A stretch of 64,000 bases of DNA from a virus. The position numbers and the translations under genes were made by a program. How positions within the stretch are numbered: position 1 is the stretch's first letter; every line of letters starts with the position of its first letter. The notes below the pieces were generated by a model, which was not told the DNA's origin, ran no database searches, and worked only from the letters and a program-made list of their open reading frames with translations. Location of the stretch: IMG/VR virus record IMGVR_UViG_3300042731_002249, positions 6,432-70,431 of that record. One strand, given 5' to 3'. Below are positions 17,901 to 27,670 of this stretch, piece after piece.

Positions 17901-20900
17901 AGGAGGCGCTGGAGACGGCCCTACAGGCCGCAGCCCAGAAGCTATCCGAGACCCCCATCGTTGCCGGAAACGACGAGGTAACGCCACAGATTACGTGGGG
18001 CAAGGGCGAGACCTACGCTGAGGCCGATGCTGAGGCCATCGCCATGAAGGGCGACCGGATTCGCCGGGGGGTGACAGCAGACCGAACAGGCAAGCCTGCC
18101 ACGTACAAAGTGCGGTCACAGGGTGGCTTGTTCCAGATGGACACGGACAGGGAGCTACCCGGTTCATGGAATCGAATCAGGAACAGCGTCAAGAAGGGTG
18201 ACATCGTTGAAATCCTCACGCCAGACGGCGCGACCTTTGGGCTGGTTCGCGCTCAAACGCGCAACCGTGGCAGGCCAAGAATATACGTTTCGGTACAGGG
18301 CAAGATATTCAAGTTCAACCCTGACAAGAATCACCTGATCGTAGACAAGTTCACTACGCCATCTGACCTCGCATGGATCAGCGGCGATGCTGAGTATGCT
18401 CAGCCGGGTCGTGAGACTTTCCCGCAGACCCTTTCCGATGTGCGCATAGGTCACATAGGCGATGCTACTGGCAGCTGGTATGCCGATCTCGACAAGGATT
18501 TGGATTACACGGTTCCTGATCCATGGTGGGACATGGAACCCGGCTGGTCTGATCAGGGCTTCGACAAGAAGGTTTTCGGTGTCAAGCCGTTGCCGGTCGC
18601 CAGTGACGAGCAGATGGAAGAGGCGAACACGGTTGCTGCCGAGCTGACGCAGGACTACAACAACCTGCCGCCAATCCATATTGTGCAGAGCTGGGAACAG
18701 CTTGAGGCCGACGCGCCAGACATCGTAGCGCAAATCAGAGCCGAGGGTGGCTCACCAACCGGCGTGCGCGGCTACATGGATCACCTTGGCCACACCGGCA
18801 TCTACATCATCGTGCCGAACATTCGGGCGATTGCTGGCGCTCAGAACTTCAAGCAGTCGCTGGTAGAGACGGTCATGCACGAGATGATCGGTCACTATGG
18901 CGTGCGCGGATTCTTTGGAGACGAGATCGAGCTGCGTGAGTGGATGCACCAGACGGTCGATATGTTCCCGCAGCTGGCCAGACACTTCTCTGGCAGGCTG
19001 GGGCTGAACATCGCTGACCCGGCAGACAAGCAGCTGCTAGGCGAAGAGATGGTCGCCTATGTCGCTGGTGAAGTGTATGCAGGCAAGATCGCTGACCTCA
19101 CGCCGAAGCAAAAGAGTTTCTGGCAGCGCTTCGTTGCATGGGTGAAAGAGTTTATTCGGCGCAAGGGCTGGGACAAATACGCGCCGCTGCGCAAGGTCAC
19201 ACGCGAGAACATCAACGACACGAAGGTCGAGTTCTGGAACGACGAGCGCATCGCTGAGCTGGTGTCCAGAGCGCAGGACTTCGTGCGTAACGGAAACGCT
19301 TTCGAGTGGCGTGCGATTAACGGCAGCTCGATTTTGTACATGCGTGACGGCGACATCTTCCAGTCAGGCGTAGTCACCGCCATCATGACCGGAACCAAGA
19401 AGCTGAGCCGCAACGAGCGCAACCAGCTCAAGGGCAAGTACGGTGGTGATATTCAGAATGTGCCGAAAGAGACGGCGCTGTTCCCTGACGAGGCATCACC
19501 GAACGCCTACAAGCAGGCGATCATCGAAGCGAAGAAGCAGGGCTACGTTACAGATCGTGACCTTGAGCTGTCTGGCTTGTCGGAAAGCTCCGACTTTTTC
19601 CTGTTGCAGGACGGCACCTACGGCACGCTGGAGACATACGTCGCCCAGATGAACGGCGGCAATCTTCCTGAGCGCTGGTACGCGAATTATCTGCCGAAGA
19701 ATCTGGTACAAGAGCTGGACGACATCAACGCTGCGATGGAGAAAAACTACATTGCAGGCCCACTGATGCACCAAGGTTATGAAGGTGGGTACGATGGCGA
19801 AGAGAGGGTGTATCAGTTCCCCGACAGGCCGGTCACCAACAAGACCAGTGCTGATCTCATGCGCACGCGCATCTCCGAGATCATGGCCATGAAGATCGAT
19901 CCGAAGAAAGCGCGGCTTAGCAAGGAACTGTTGCTGGCGCACATGACTTCGCAGAACGTGTTCCGTGTCTACGTGGAGCAACAGGGCGGTAACCCGCGAA
20001 TCACTCAGGATCAGGCGATACAAAGAGCGCTTGGTCAAGAGGCGTATCAGGAAATCATCAACGGCGAAAGAAACCTCACCGATGATGAGAAGGAAATGGT
20101 CAACGCCGAGAAGAAGGCAGCGCAGCAGCGCGGACCATGGATCGGTTACGACGAAGAGCAGGACCGCTGGCTCGACTGGAATGGTTACCGTGAGGGATAC
20201 AGCGAGTGGGCACCGCAGGGATCGCGATACACGCGGGATTATCGAATCGCGCTCATCAAGACCGCAGGCAGAGGCGGCGAGATGGGCATGGGCAACCATT
20301 CGCACTTCGATAAAAACTTAGTCCACATCCGAACTGGCGAAGCCGAATTGCTTGACCCGGATCAGATGGACATGTCGTCGGAGATGACGTGGCCAAACCC
20401 GGACAAGCGAGGCAAGCTGCTGTCGTTGATCGAGCTTCAGTCGGACTGGTTGCAGGCGCTACGTAAAGGATTTACCAGCGGCAACGAAAAAGATCAGGCG
20501 CAGCAAAAGATTCGCGATAACCGAAACACCCTGCAAATGGTTGGCAACCAGATGGGCCTGAACATCGGTGAGGACTTCTACGAGAAGGCCGTCGAGATTG
20601 TTACGCCGCTGGCAAACCTGCCGTCCAATGTTCGTGGTGATGCGCGAGGCCAGCTGTTCAACGATCTTAACGAGCGCACCAAGACGATGTTCGGTGCCGA
20701 GTGGTTCGATGATCGCATCACGGATGATAACCGACAAAGTGCGTGGAGAGCCTTTATTCAGGACAAGCTGAATGAGGCCGCGCAGCCGCTGATCAAAGCC
20801 CGTGACGAACTTCAGATATGGATAGACAACCTGCCGAAGATGGACCAACTGGCGGGTGGTGTTGATGCCAGAGCATTCGAGGCATTAGATGCCGTTGCCG

Positions 20901-23900
20901 CACGTCGCATGGGCAACGTACTCAGGGGTGAGTTAAACCAGATCATTGACCAGATGACCAACAACATGGCTTATGCGCAAAGCCAGACTGAGTTTGTTGA
21001 GCAGGCCAATTACCTGAAAGGCATGATCTCGCAGCGGATGAAGACGCTGGCGAGTGGCAGCGAATACGCTGACGGACTGCGCCTGCCAATGACGCAGTAT
21101 CTGATCAAGCCAATGCTTGACCAGCTATATGAAACCATGGGCCTAAACACGGCTAAGGTTGCTGAGTACATGTCGGCTCTGACCTTGCGTGAGCAGGCCA
21201 CGGTGCGCATCCCTGCGCAGACCTTGAAGGATTTGCTGACATCGATGCAGAGCCAGATGGACCTGACTGCGCTGGTAGAGGAAATGGTCAACGGCGCACG
21301 CATCAGCCGACATAGCGACATTCCACCGGGGCGGTTGTTGATGCAGCCTGTTAGGGCTGGCGACAAGTTCGTTGACGTGAAAGTGACTGGCAACAAGGCT
21401 GACGTAGCTAAAGCCAAAGACTTGGTGCCGAAGTTGATTGATACGTGGATCAGTAATCACGCAGCAGACAAGCTAAAGGTCAACCATCGCGTTAGGCGTG
21501 GTGCCGATGACTGGCTGCGCGACCCAGATGAATACACGTACCGCGATCTGGTAGATGAGCTGGCTCTGGAAGAGGGCGACATTGAAGAAGGTGACAGCCT
21601 TACATCCGATTATGGAGTCACCACGTTCTATCAGTTCGAGGAAAACGAACTGCCTGAGATTGAATCTGAGTTATTGAACGATGCCTTCGACAACATCAGC
21701 GAAGAAGAGTGGAACAGCCTTGATGATGATCACCCCGGCGTTGGTCGTGGCGGCGACACTTATCGTTCCGAGCTAATCGTTGATGAAGACGGTGACGTAG
21801 ATAACGATCAAGCAGAGCGCAACCTGTCGTCAGCGCGTGAAGACTATCGAGTCAACGTACTGCTGGACGACGAAGACCTGCGGATGCAGGCATACGATCA
21901 AATTCGAGAACTGTGGTACGAACGTGGCCCGACAGCTGTTATCAGTGGCAGCTTGCCGGTGCAATGGGATGAAGACGGCGAACCAACCGACTACGTAAGC
22001 GTCATGATTCTCGCCAAAGAACCCGGTGATGCTTATGACATTATCATCGACGGCGAAGAGATGGACTACAACTACAGCCTCGATGACTCAAAGGGAGGTT
22101 TGTCTCGGCAGATATACAACTACTACGACAACGAAAACATCAAGCCGCCGCCCGGTTCCCTTATGGGTCCAGAGCTTTTGGAGCGACCGCCGACAGCAAA
22201 CATTCCTGAGCCGAACTGGGAAATTGTAAAGGGCAACATCATGGAGAACCTGTCCATGATGAGTGACAAGCCGGTGGAAATGTCCAAGCTGTTTGAGGAA
22301 ATGGTCACGCTGGAGAAAAAGAGCGGCGTGTATCAGGACTCACCACTGAGCAAAGATGAGCTGTGGCGACCGATTGCCCTGAAGTACCTGATTGCCGACG
22401 CAGTGCGTCGTGGTCTTGGTGGCGTAATGTGGAACAACGGTTTGTCATCGTCATCCCGTGGCGGCTGGACTATGGACATCCGTCCATCTGAGCGCATCAC
22501 ATGGTCGAAAGAAAAGGTTGAGATTCGCGGCGAAGAGAAAGAGGTCTACCTGATTCATCAGCCAGACTTTTCGTCACCGCTGGTTGTTGACCCGAACAGG
22601 ATGGCCCCTGTCGTTGGCTACAACGTGGCCACCATGATCCGCAAGCAAGAGCAGGGCAAGCTGGAGATGCCAGAGGTCAAGCGGCGTGACGCTGACGAAG
22701 AGGTCGCTGATCCACGAGACAACTACATCAGGGCAGGAACGCCGAGCGGACACATCGCCGTCTACCGCCGCTCTGACAACGAGTTCCTTGGCTTTGCTGA
22801 GGACGAAGATGCGGCAACTTCGCGCATCTACGAGGACCTGCGTAATTACGGCAGGGAGTTTATTCCTGATCGCCCCACAGACCCGACTGCCATAGAACAA
22901 GTCGAGGCCATGGGCGAGGTTATCTCGCGTGGCACGATCACTCAGGAAATGGTTGGCGCACCAATTTATGTCGCTGGCCGGGGTAACGTGCGTGGATACT
23001 CGCACACGTTGGCGCAGCCACGAGCAGTTAGCGCTCGTCAGTCTTATGAAGACATCACGGTTCGCTTGTTCAACAAGGAACTGAAAAAGTACGGCACGTA
23101 TATCCAAGAGACTTACGTCAAGGCGAACGATCTGCGCAAAGCCAAAGCAGAAGGTCAGCCTATCGCACCAAACCTTGAGCGCGAAGAAAAGATCAAGGAA
23201 GAACACGGTCGCTTGTTTGTCGCAGAGACCAGTGGGCCAGTGCATCACTGGATCATCATGAGCGAGAAGAAAGGCCCCATCGTCAACGATGTGTTCGACA
23301 ACCGAAGTTATGCCGAGGATCGTCTTGCGTCATGGATCGAAGACAACTACGGCACTGACGCTGCTGGCGTGCGGGTCATGTACTTCCCGATCACTGAGCA
23401 AATGCGCGAAGAGTTCTCTGGGCCTGTCGCCCCGTTCCATTATGACCCGAACGAAGACCCGGTACTCAAGGATGTAGCGAAAAAGATTGGCCCAGCCAAT
23501 CGAATGCCGCTGACCGAGCGTGCCAAACAGTTCCGCATGGGCATTGGTGCCGAGATGCGGCAGGGCATGGTGGACAAATTCTATGGTCTGAAGAGAGCGT
23601 TGCGAGAAGCAGGTGTGGACGATGGCGCTTATATCAGCGCACGCCTGACGACTTCGCTCGACTCGATGATGAAGGCCGTGCTGTTTTACGGTCACCCAAC
23701 ATGGAAAGACGGCATCATGCAGACCGAGGGTCGCGGTTTGATGGACGTGCTGACCCCCATCCTGAATGACCCAGATACATGGGGCATGTACATGGCAGGC
23801 AAGCGTGCGAAGGGCTTGCTGCTGGAAGGCTACGACAACCTGACCCCAGAGCAGCAGGCAAACATCGATGCAGCTGCCGAAGCGTTAGCCGAGAACCGTG

Positions 23901-26773
23901 GGAAGCGCCACAAGGAACACATGGACAACGTGTTCGAGTTGTTGGTCGCCCATACGTCTGATCAGATGTTCCGTCACTACGAGGTGACGGCTGACAGGTT
24001 TACAGAAGACGATCTTGCTGGATTGTCTGAGCTGGAGAAGGAATACCTTCCGATCTTTCTCCCGCACATGAAGAAGAGTCAGGGCAAGATCAAAGCGAAG
24101 AATCGACCACGCTCTGGACGCTGGCGTGTCTGGGACTGGCGCAAGCCTGACACTCGCAACACACCAGAGAACATCGATCTCAAATACAAGCAAGGTGAGC
24201 GCTGGTTCCGTGAGCGCGGCGTGACTGACACCAAGCAGGCACGAGCCAGCATGGACAAGGTGACCGAGGTCATCCTGAAAAAATCGGCTGAGTTCGACGC
24301 TCGTCAAAGACAGGTAGCAGAGTCTCGAAAGGACGTTGACAAAATTGCCCAAAAGGGGCGTGAGCATTTATTCGAGGCTCACGAGATCAAGGCGATGGTT
24401 GCTCTGGGTGATAAGTTCCCGCACTTCGAGAGGGTGGCCAAAGACTATGCCGAATTCAACAAGAAGGTGCTGGACTTTGCTGAGGCATCGGGCTTAATCG
24501 ATCCAGAGTCACGCAAGACATGGGAGAATGCTGATTACGTTCCGTTCTACCGCGTCGATGATGACCGGCTGGTTGGTTCAGGTATGTCACCGCAAGCTGG
24601 TATCTCGAACCAGCGTGCGCCAATCAAACGCTTGAAAGGTGGTGAGGCCAACGTCAACGACATCGTTGCCAACATCTTCATGAACACCACCAAGCTGATC
24701 GATGCTTCAGTCAAGAACAACGCGGCACTGGAAGCGATTGATGCGCTGCGTGGTTCTGGCATTATCCAGAATCAGCCCCTTCCATACGAACAAAAAGTCG
24801 TTCCGACTGCACAGATCAAAAAGATTCTTATCGACAGGGGGGTGATTGTTCCTGACGACGAAAAAGGCATACACCTGAGTGACATCCCGCAGGGAGCATT
24901 GGATGGTTTCTCGAAGATGTTTGCGGTAACCGCGCCGTCAGGTCCGGGTGATATTGCTGTCATGCGCAACGGCAAGCGTGAGTACTACCACACTGACGAC
25001 ATGCTGTTGTATCGGGCGATGACCAACATCAATCGCAAGCAGTTTGGTGAGTGGATCAACATGTTCCGCGCACCGAAGCGATTGCTGACTACGATGATCA
25101 CGATTGATCCATCGTTCATGGTCGCCAACTTCATCCGCGACACAGGCTCAGCGTTTGTCATTGGCAGAGACCAAGGGAACATTCCAGTGCTATCGGCGCT
25201 GAAGGGTTTCAACAAAGCGTTGTTTGAGAGCGAAGAGCTGCGCACTATGATGGCAGCAGGTGCTGCGTTCGAGAACGGATACGTCACTGGCGGTGATCCG
25301 CGTCAGGTGGAGCGCATCATCTCTGAGGCCGTAGATGCAACGATCCTGAATACGCCGAAGAAGCTGCTCAGGGCATGGATGCACATTGGCTCAGCGGTCG
25401 AGAACTCGAACCGTATTGCCATTTTCAATGCGGCACTGAAAGCTGGCAAATCGATTAAGCAGGCAGCGTTCGAGGCCAAAGACCTCATGGACTTTTCCAT
25501 GGGCGGCGACTGGGCCGCTGTGCAGTTCCTGATCCAGACTGTGCCGTTTATGAACGCACGGTTGCAGGGCCTGTACCGACTTGGCCGTGGAGCGGTTGAG
25601 CATCCGGTTAGCTTTACTCTCAAGGGGATGCTGATTGGCATGGCTGGCATGGCCGTCTACTTGATGTTCAAGGATGACGAGCGCTACAAAGATTTGGAGC
25701 CATGGGATAGGCAGGCGTACTACCACTGGTGGATTGGCGATGTGCATTACCGCTTGCCGAAACCATTCGAGGTCGGCGCGATTTTCAACACGATCCCCGA
25801 AATCGCGATGGACTATTACAACTCGAAAGAGACGGACGCAGGCAAGGTGTTGTTGCGCGAGTTTGGCCACATGCTTGGTGAGACGTTTAGCATGAACCCG
25901 ATTCCGCAGACGGTCAGGCCGCTGGTTGAATCTGGCATCAATTACAGTTTCTTCAAGCAGTCACCGATTGTCAGCTATTACGAGCAACAGCGTCTGCCAC
26001 CTGACCAGTATCGCTATCGAACCAGCCCGTTTTTCATTGAGGTTGGCAAGCGCCTGCCATCAGAGTTGGACACCCTAAGCGGCAAGATCAGGTCACCGCT
26101 GCACTTACAAAACCTGTGGGCTGGGTACACCGGCACCATCGGTCGTTACATGTTGCAGGGCGCTGACTATCTGGTGACCCGCTCCCTTGATTACCCGCTG
26201 CCGCCAGCCATGGAGACGCAGGATATTCCTGTTTACGGTCGGTTCGTTCGTGGTGATGATCCGCAGCGAGTGACCAAGTATCAGGGAGAGGTCTACAGGC
26301 TGCTTGAAAAGACTACAGCGATCCAAGGCTCACTCGCGTTTCATGAGAAGCAGGGCAACGTCGAGGAATACCTGAAGACTCACTCCGAATATGAGCCATA
26401 CATTCGTGCCGCCGAACCACTGAAAGATGTTCGCGATCAAATCCGTGAAGTAAACACGGCTATCCAAATGGTCTACCGGAACACGGAGATAAGCAGGGAA
26501 GAGAAGGACACGCAGATAGATCAGCTGGAAGAGGTCAAGAACACCCTGTTCAAGGAAGCATGGAAGCTGCGTCCGGGTGGTGAATACAATCCGCTGGATG
26601 CAGAGCCAGTATCGAAAAACCAGATCATCAACATGATCGAAAACTGGGGAACGGAAAGCGTTGCACAGCGCATCCAAGATAGCGCACCTGACACGGCGCG
26701 GCTGCTGAAGATCGTGGACGAAAACTTGAATGCGAAACAGTTGGCCTCGCTGGCCAGAGTAGGAGAAGAATAA
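14930..26773 (+). CDS. Giant (3947 aa) internal virion/large polyvalent protein with GGDEF, zincin-like, split GNAT-like and LPD38-like domains
   Basis: GAGG RBS; last gene of the ejection cluster before the endolysin; DPLT..NRRAF/DID.LK.VND/HAAGD/RMGGDEF; HEMIGH; C-terminal Y.DL..WDR..Y.H...RLPKPFE.G (LPD38-like). Confidence 0.85.
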   Translation: MADYTREQLEDAIERARADNNPSAVAELEDMLSKQQGALPADYVPGKKTAEIEAQSDPIGPALMGPPAPTEQQLDQSLDARQSRALAEQKVDYRDPEQYAAAGKRQQQRERELAQSQYEADMELARDPANRPNRAQMNEFIKDNTNTRYGASMVNSMRQQMIVDPKTGKVRWTAMDPEMMDRIDDAGKTTFGAIGQLAYGSTRGVGAALENKEAEIASRNAFQSFLLTSEKGLPKSEQERILAGLAERYGEDHRFVKNPGEAPANEVMKLLQQNPDYEQELDRIKGDEWWAERKEFAKRLGNRASALIPGMPLNIFGADETMGALTGRGAFEGIEYDEGEVAPAYPGASMDLREWKAEAERSPSIYEHVVLPLVTRQSGKTPGQVASEGADNLRKAFTTEEQEAERKMPLLNPDKEIEGLKTFFELDTYTNPESKIANPESLFFMFLENLPEMAGSMLLTRGAGAAAARRAAGESYGMSATAMNAAREKAAQNAGMLVGGASEGLLVATHLEKETRDILAQIPEETWQKHPLYQAYLEADMTPEAAKQLMIQDAASKAATTAQVITMLTGAPMNRFAAKSAAGRLIQESPAARRTVGMVGEPVTEAGQEVMELLQTEAAVRPIDPDNPIFKDPNRYWETGLSAFIVSTPMGAYAALEPSQPEGIPKEHVDAARGAVNFKKATNERFIFEAKITDPEYVANTSPNQRLQDLSKLESLQRAEAQAILDAEPAMRTFLEGQGTKTAETELKMLNRLVMRANAMKNDIAVAESRRTTAAEIQDAERQVLTDRAELQRKVNENIIKLEDIERMTGAIETVQDLGAISAEQEAELAREGYARRTKEGNLVITPKGRRATKELNRQARGLRSRIEGGYTGPERRADMVRREAIDAGGPQQREQLLYSDPLTEVQNRRAFNERQENIDVKGDQEPAQIENAMPAVASVDIDSLKWVNDNMTHAAGDRLITAVSDALSEQQGVEVYRMGGDEFAVAGASQEALETALQAAAQKLSETPIVAGNDEVTPQITWGKGETYAEADAEAIAMKGDRIRRGVTADRTGKPATYKVRSQGGLFQMDTDRELPGSWNRIRNSVKKGDIVEILTPDGATFGLVRAQTRNRGRPRIYVSVQGKIFKFNPDKNHLIVDKFTTPSDLAWISGDAEYAQPGRETFPQTLSDVRIGHIGDATGSWYADLDKDLDYTVPDPWWDMEPGWSDQGFDKKVFGVKPLPVASDEQMEEANTVAAELTQDYNNLPPIHIVQSWEQLEADAPDIVAQIRAEGGSPTGVRGYMDHLGHTGIYIIVPNIRAIAGAQNFKQSLVETVMHEMIGHYGVRGFFGDEIELREWMHQTVDMFPQLARHFSGRLGLNIADPADKQLLGEEMVAYVAGEVYAGKIADLTPKQKSFWQRFVAWVKEFIRRKGWDKYAPLRKVTRENINDTKVEFWNDERIAELVSRAQDFVRNGNAFEWRAINGSSILYMRDGDIFQSGVVTAIMTGTKKLSRNERNQLKGKYGGDIQNVPKETALFPDEASPNAYKQAIIEAKKQGYVTDRDLELSGLSESSDFFLLQDGTYGTLETYVAQMNGGNLPERWYANYLPKNLVQELDDINAAMEKNYIAGPLMHQGYEGGYDGEERVYQFPDRPVTNKTSADLMRTRISEIMAMKIDPKKARLSKELLLAHMTSQNVFRVYVEQQGGNPRITQDQAIQRALGQEAYQEIINGERNLTDDEKEMVNAEKKAAQQRGPWIGYDEEQDRWLDWNGYREGYSEWAPQGSRYTRDYRIALIKTAGRGGEMGMGNHSHFDKNLVHIRTGEAELLDPDQMDMSSEMTWPNPDKRGKLLSLIELQSDWLQALRKGFTSGNEKDQAQQKIRDNRNTLQMVGNQMGLNIGEDFYEKAVEIVTPLANLPSNVRGDARGQLFNDLNERTKTMFGAEWFDDRITDDNRQSAWRAFIQDKLNEAAQPLIKARDELQIWIDNLPKMDQLAGGVDARAFEALDAVAARRMGNVLRGELNQIIDQMTNNMAYAQSQTEFVEQANYLKGMISQRMKTLASGSEYADGLRLPMTQYLIKPMLDQLYETMGLNTAKVAEYMSALTLREQATVRIPAQTLKDLLTSMQSQMDLTALVEEMVNGARISRHSDIPPGRLLMQPVRAGDKFVDVKVTGNKADVAKAKDLVPKLIDTWISNHAADKLKVNHRVRRGADDWLRDPDEYTYRDLVDELALEEGDIEEGDSLTSDYGVTTFYQFEENELPEIESELLNDAFDNISEEEWNSLDDDHPGVGRGGDTYRSELIVDEDGDVDNDQAERNLSSAREDYRVNVLLDDEDLRMQAYDQIRELWYERGPTAVISGSLPVQWDEDGEPTDYVSVMILAKEPGDAYDIIIDGEEMDYNYSLDDSKGGLSRQIYNYYDNENIKPPPGSLMGPELLERPPTANIPEPNWEIVKGNIMENLSMMSDKPVEMSKLFEEMVTLEKKSGVYQDSPLSKDELWRPIALKYLIADAVRRGLGGVMWNNGLSSSSRGGWTMDIRPSERITWSKEKVEIRGEEKEVYLIHQPDFSSPLVVDPNRMAPVVGYNVATMIRKQEQGKLEMPEVKRRDADEEVADPRDNYIRAGTPSGHIAVYRRSDNEFLGFAEDEDAATSRIYEDLRNYGREFIPDRPTDPTAIEQVEAMGEVISRGTITQEMVGAPIYVAGRGNVRGYSHTLAQPRAVSARQSYEDITVRLFNKELKKYGTYIQETYVKANDLRKAKAEGQPIAPNLEREEKIKEEHGRLFVAETSGPVHHWIIMSEKKGPIVNDVFDNRSYAEDRLASWIEDNYGTDAAGVRVMYFPITEQMREEFSGPVAPFHYDPNEDPVLKDVAKKIGPANRMPLTERAKQFRMGIGAEMRQGMVDKFYGLKRALREAGVDDGAYISARLTTSLDSMMKAVLFYGHPTWKDGIMQTEGRGLMDVLTPILNDPDTWGMYMAGKRAKGLLLEGYDNLTPEQQANIDAAAEALAENRGKRHKEHMDNVFELLVAHTSDQMFRHYEVTADRFTEDDLAGLSELEKEYLPIFLPHMKKSQGKIKAKNRPRSGRWRVWDWRKPDTRNTPENIDLKYKQGERWFRERGVTDTKQARASMDKVTEVILKKSAEFDARQRQVAESRKDVDKIAQKGREHLFEAHEIKAMVALGDKFPHFERVAKDYAEFNKKVLDFAEASGLIDPESRKTWENADYVPFYRVDDDRLVGSGMSPQAGISNQRAPIKRLKGGEANVNDIVANIFMNTTKLIDASVKNNAALEAIDALRGSGIIQNQPLPYEQKVVPTAQIKKILIDRGVIVPDDEKGIHLSDIPQGALDGFSKMFAVTAPSGPGDIAVMRNGKREYYHTDDMLLYRAMTNINRKQFGEWINMFRAPKRLLTTMITIDPSFMVANFIRDTGSAFVIGRDQGNIPVLSALKGFNKALFESEELRTMMAAGAAFENGYVTGGDPRQVERIISEAVDATILNTPKKLLRAWMHIGSAVENSNRIAIFNAALKAGKSIKQAAFEAKDLMDFSMGGDWAAVQFLIQTVPFMNARLQGLYRLGRGAVEHPVSFTLKGMLIGMAGMAVYLMFKDDERYKDLEPWDRQAYYHWWIGDVHYRLPKPFEVGAIFNTIPEIAMDYYNSKETDAGKVLLREFGHMLGETFSMNPIPQTVRPLVESGINYSFFKQSPIVSYYEQQRLPPDQYRYRTSPFFIEVGKRLPSELDTLSGKIRSPLHLQNLWAGYTGTIGRYMLQGADYLVTRSLDYPLPPAMETQDIPVYGRFVRGDDPQRVTKYQGEVYRLLEKTTAIQGSLAFHEKQGNVEEYLKTHSEYEPYIRAAEPLKDVRDQIREVNTAIQMVYRNTEISREEKDTQIDQLEEVKNTLFKEAWKLRPGGEYNPLDAEPVSKNQIINMIENWGTESVAQRIQDSAPDTARLLKIVDENLNAKQLASLARVGEE

Positions 26774-27204
26774 TGCCAAGGTTCGGAACAAGATCGCTGC
26801 GTGAGCTGAGTACCTGCTGCCCTGAGATCGTGGAGACCCTGAACGAGGTGATCAAGGAATACGACATCACCGTACTGGAGGGCAGGCGTTCGTGGGAGCG
26901 GCAGCGTGAACTGTTGAATCAGGAACCACCTGCAACCAAGGTCGGGCCGGGTGAGTCAAAGCATAATCCACCGACCGAGGGTGACACCACGTGGCTGTCC
27001 AATGCCGTCGATGTAGCGCCGCACCCGATTGACTGGGATGATGCGAAGCGCTTCATCTACATGGCAGGCATTATCATTGGCACCGGCAGGGCGCTGGGCC
27101 ACAATTTCCGCTGGGGCGGCAACTGGGACGAAGATCAGGTCATCCTCGATGATCAGAACTTCGATGACCTTCCACACTTTGAGTATCTGGGGCCAATCGA
27201 ATGA
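26773..27204 (+). CDS. Endolysin, M15-family L-Ala-D-Glu peptidase
   Basis: EGRRS.ERQ, SKH, AVDVAP, RWGGNW and DLPHFE Zn-peptidase motifs. Confidence 0.9.
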   Translation: MPRFGTRSLRELSTCCPEIVETLNEVIKEYDITVLEGRRSWERQRELLNQEPPATKVGPGESKHNPPTEGDTTWLSNAVDVAPHPIDWDDAKRFIYMAGIIIGTGRALGHNFRWGGNWDEDQVILDDQNFDDLPHFEYLGPIE

Positions 27205-27401
27205 ACAAAGTAACGCAGACAGCCGGGAAGCTGGTGCCCGGAACCAATCAGGTAAAAATCAACCCCATTGTGACAATGGTGATGACGGTCATCGCGTGGG
27301 GTGTTACCACGTACACGGAGGTCAGCCCGACTCCTGAAGTCTGGGTAGCGCTGTCAGGCATTATCTCTTACGGTCTTCAGTACTGGCACGGTCCAAGGTA
27401 A
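27201..27401 (+). CDS. Putative holin
   Basis: 66 aa with two hydrophobic segments, directly after the endolysin. Confidence 0.6.
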   Translation: MNKVTQTAGKLVPGTNQVKINPIVTMVMTVIAWGVTTYTEVSPTPEVWVALSGIISYGLQYWHGPR

Positions 27402-27670
27402 TGACAGAAAACATGGTCATGTTCTTAGTGGCCCAAGGTCTGGTTATTCTTGCTGGTGTCCTTGGTTCACATATCAGCACCCGAACTCAGATTGCTGAGT
27501 TGCGGGGAATGCTGACGCAGAGCCTGATACAGGTCGAGGGCCTGAAGACTGATCATGCCAATCTTGGTGAGAAGGTGGACGGTATCAGCCGCCACGTCGC
27601 TCACATAGAAGGCATGGAAGAAGCACGAGGGCGATTTTGCCGAGCGATAAGGAAGCAGCAAGAGGGCTGA
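27401..27670 (+). CDS. Membrane-anchored coiled-coil protein (holin/antiholin-like)
   Basis: N-terminal TM segment plus heptad repeats, inside the lysis cassette. Confidence 0.55.
   Translation: MTENMVMFLVAQGLVILAGVLGSHISTRTQIAELRGMLTQSLIQVEGLKTDHANLGEKVDGISRHVAHIEGMEEARGRFCRAIRKQQEG

Noticed and set aside
14930-26773. N4-like virion RNA polymerase, suggested by the protein's size
   Set aside because: I found no convincing T7-type polymerase motif set or DxDGD catalytic context; the DEDGD at about 21782 lies in an acidic low-complexity tract.
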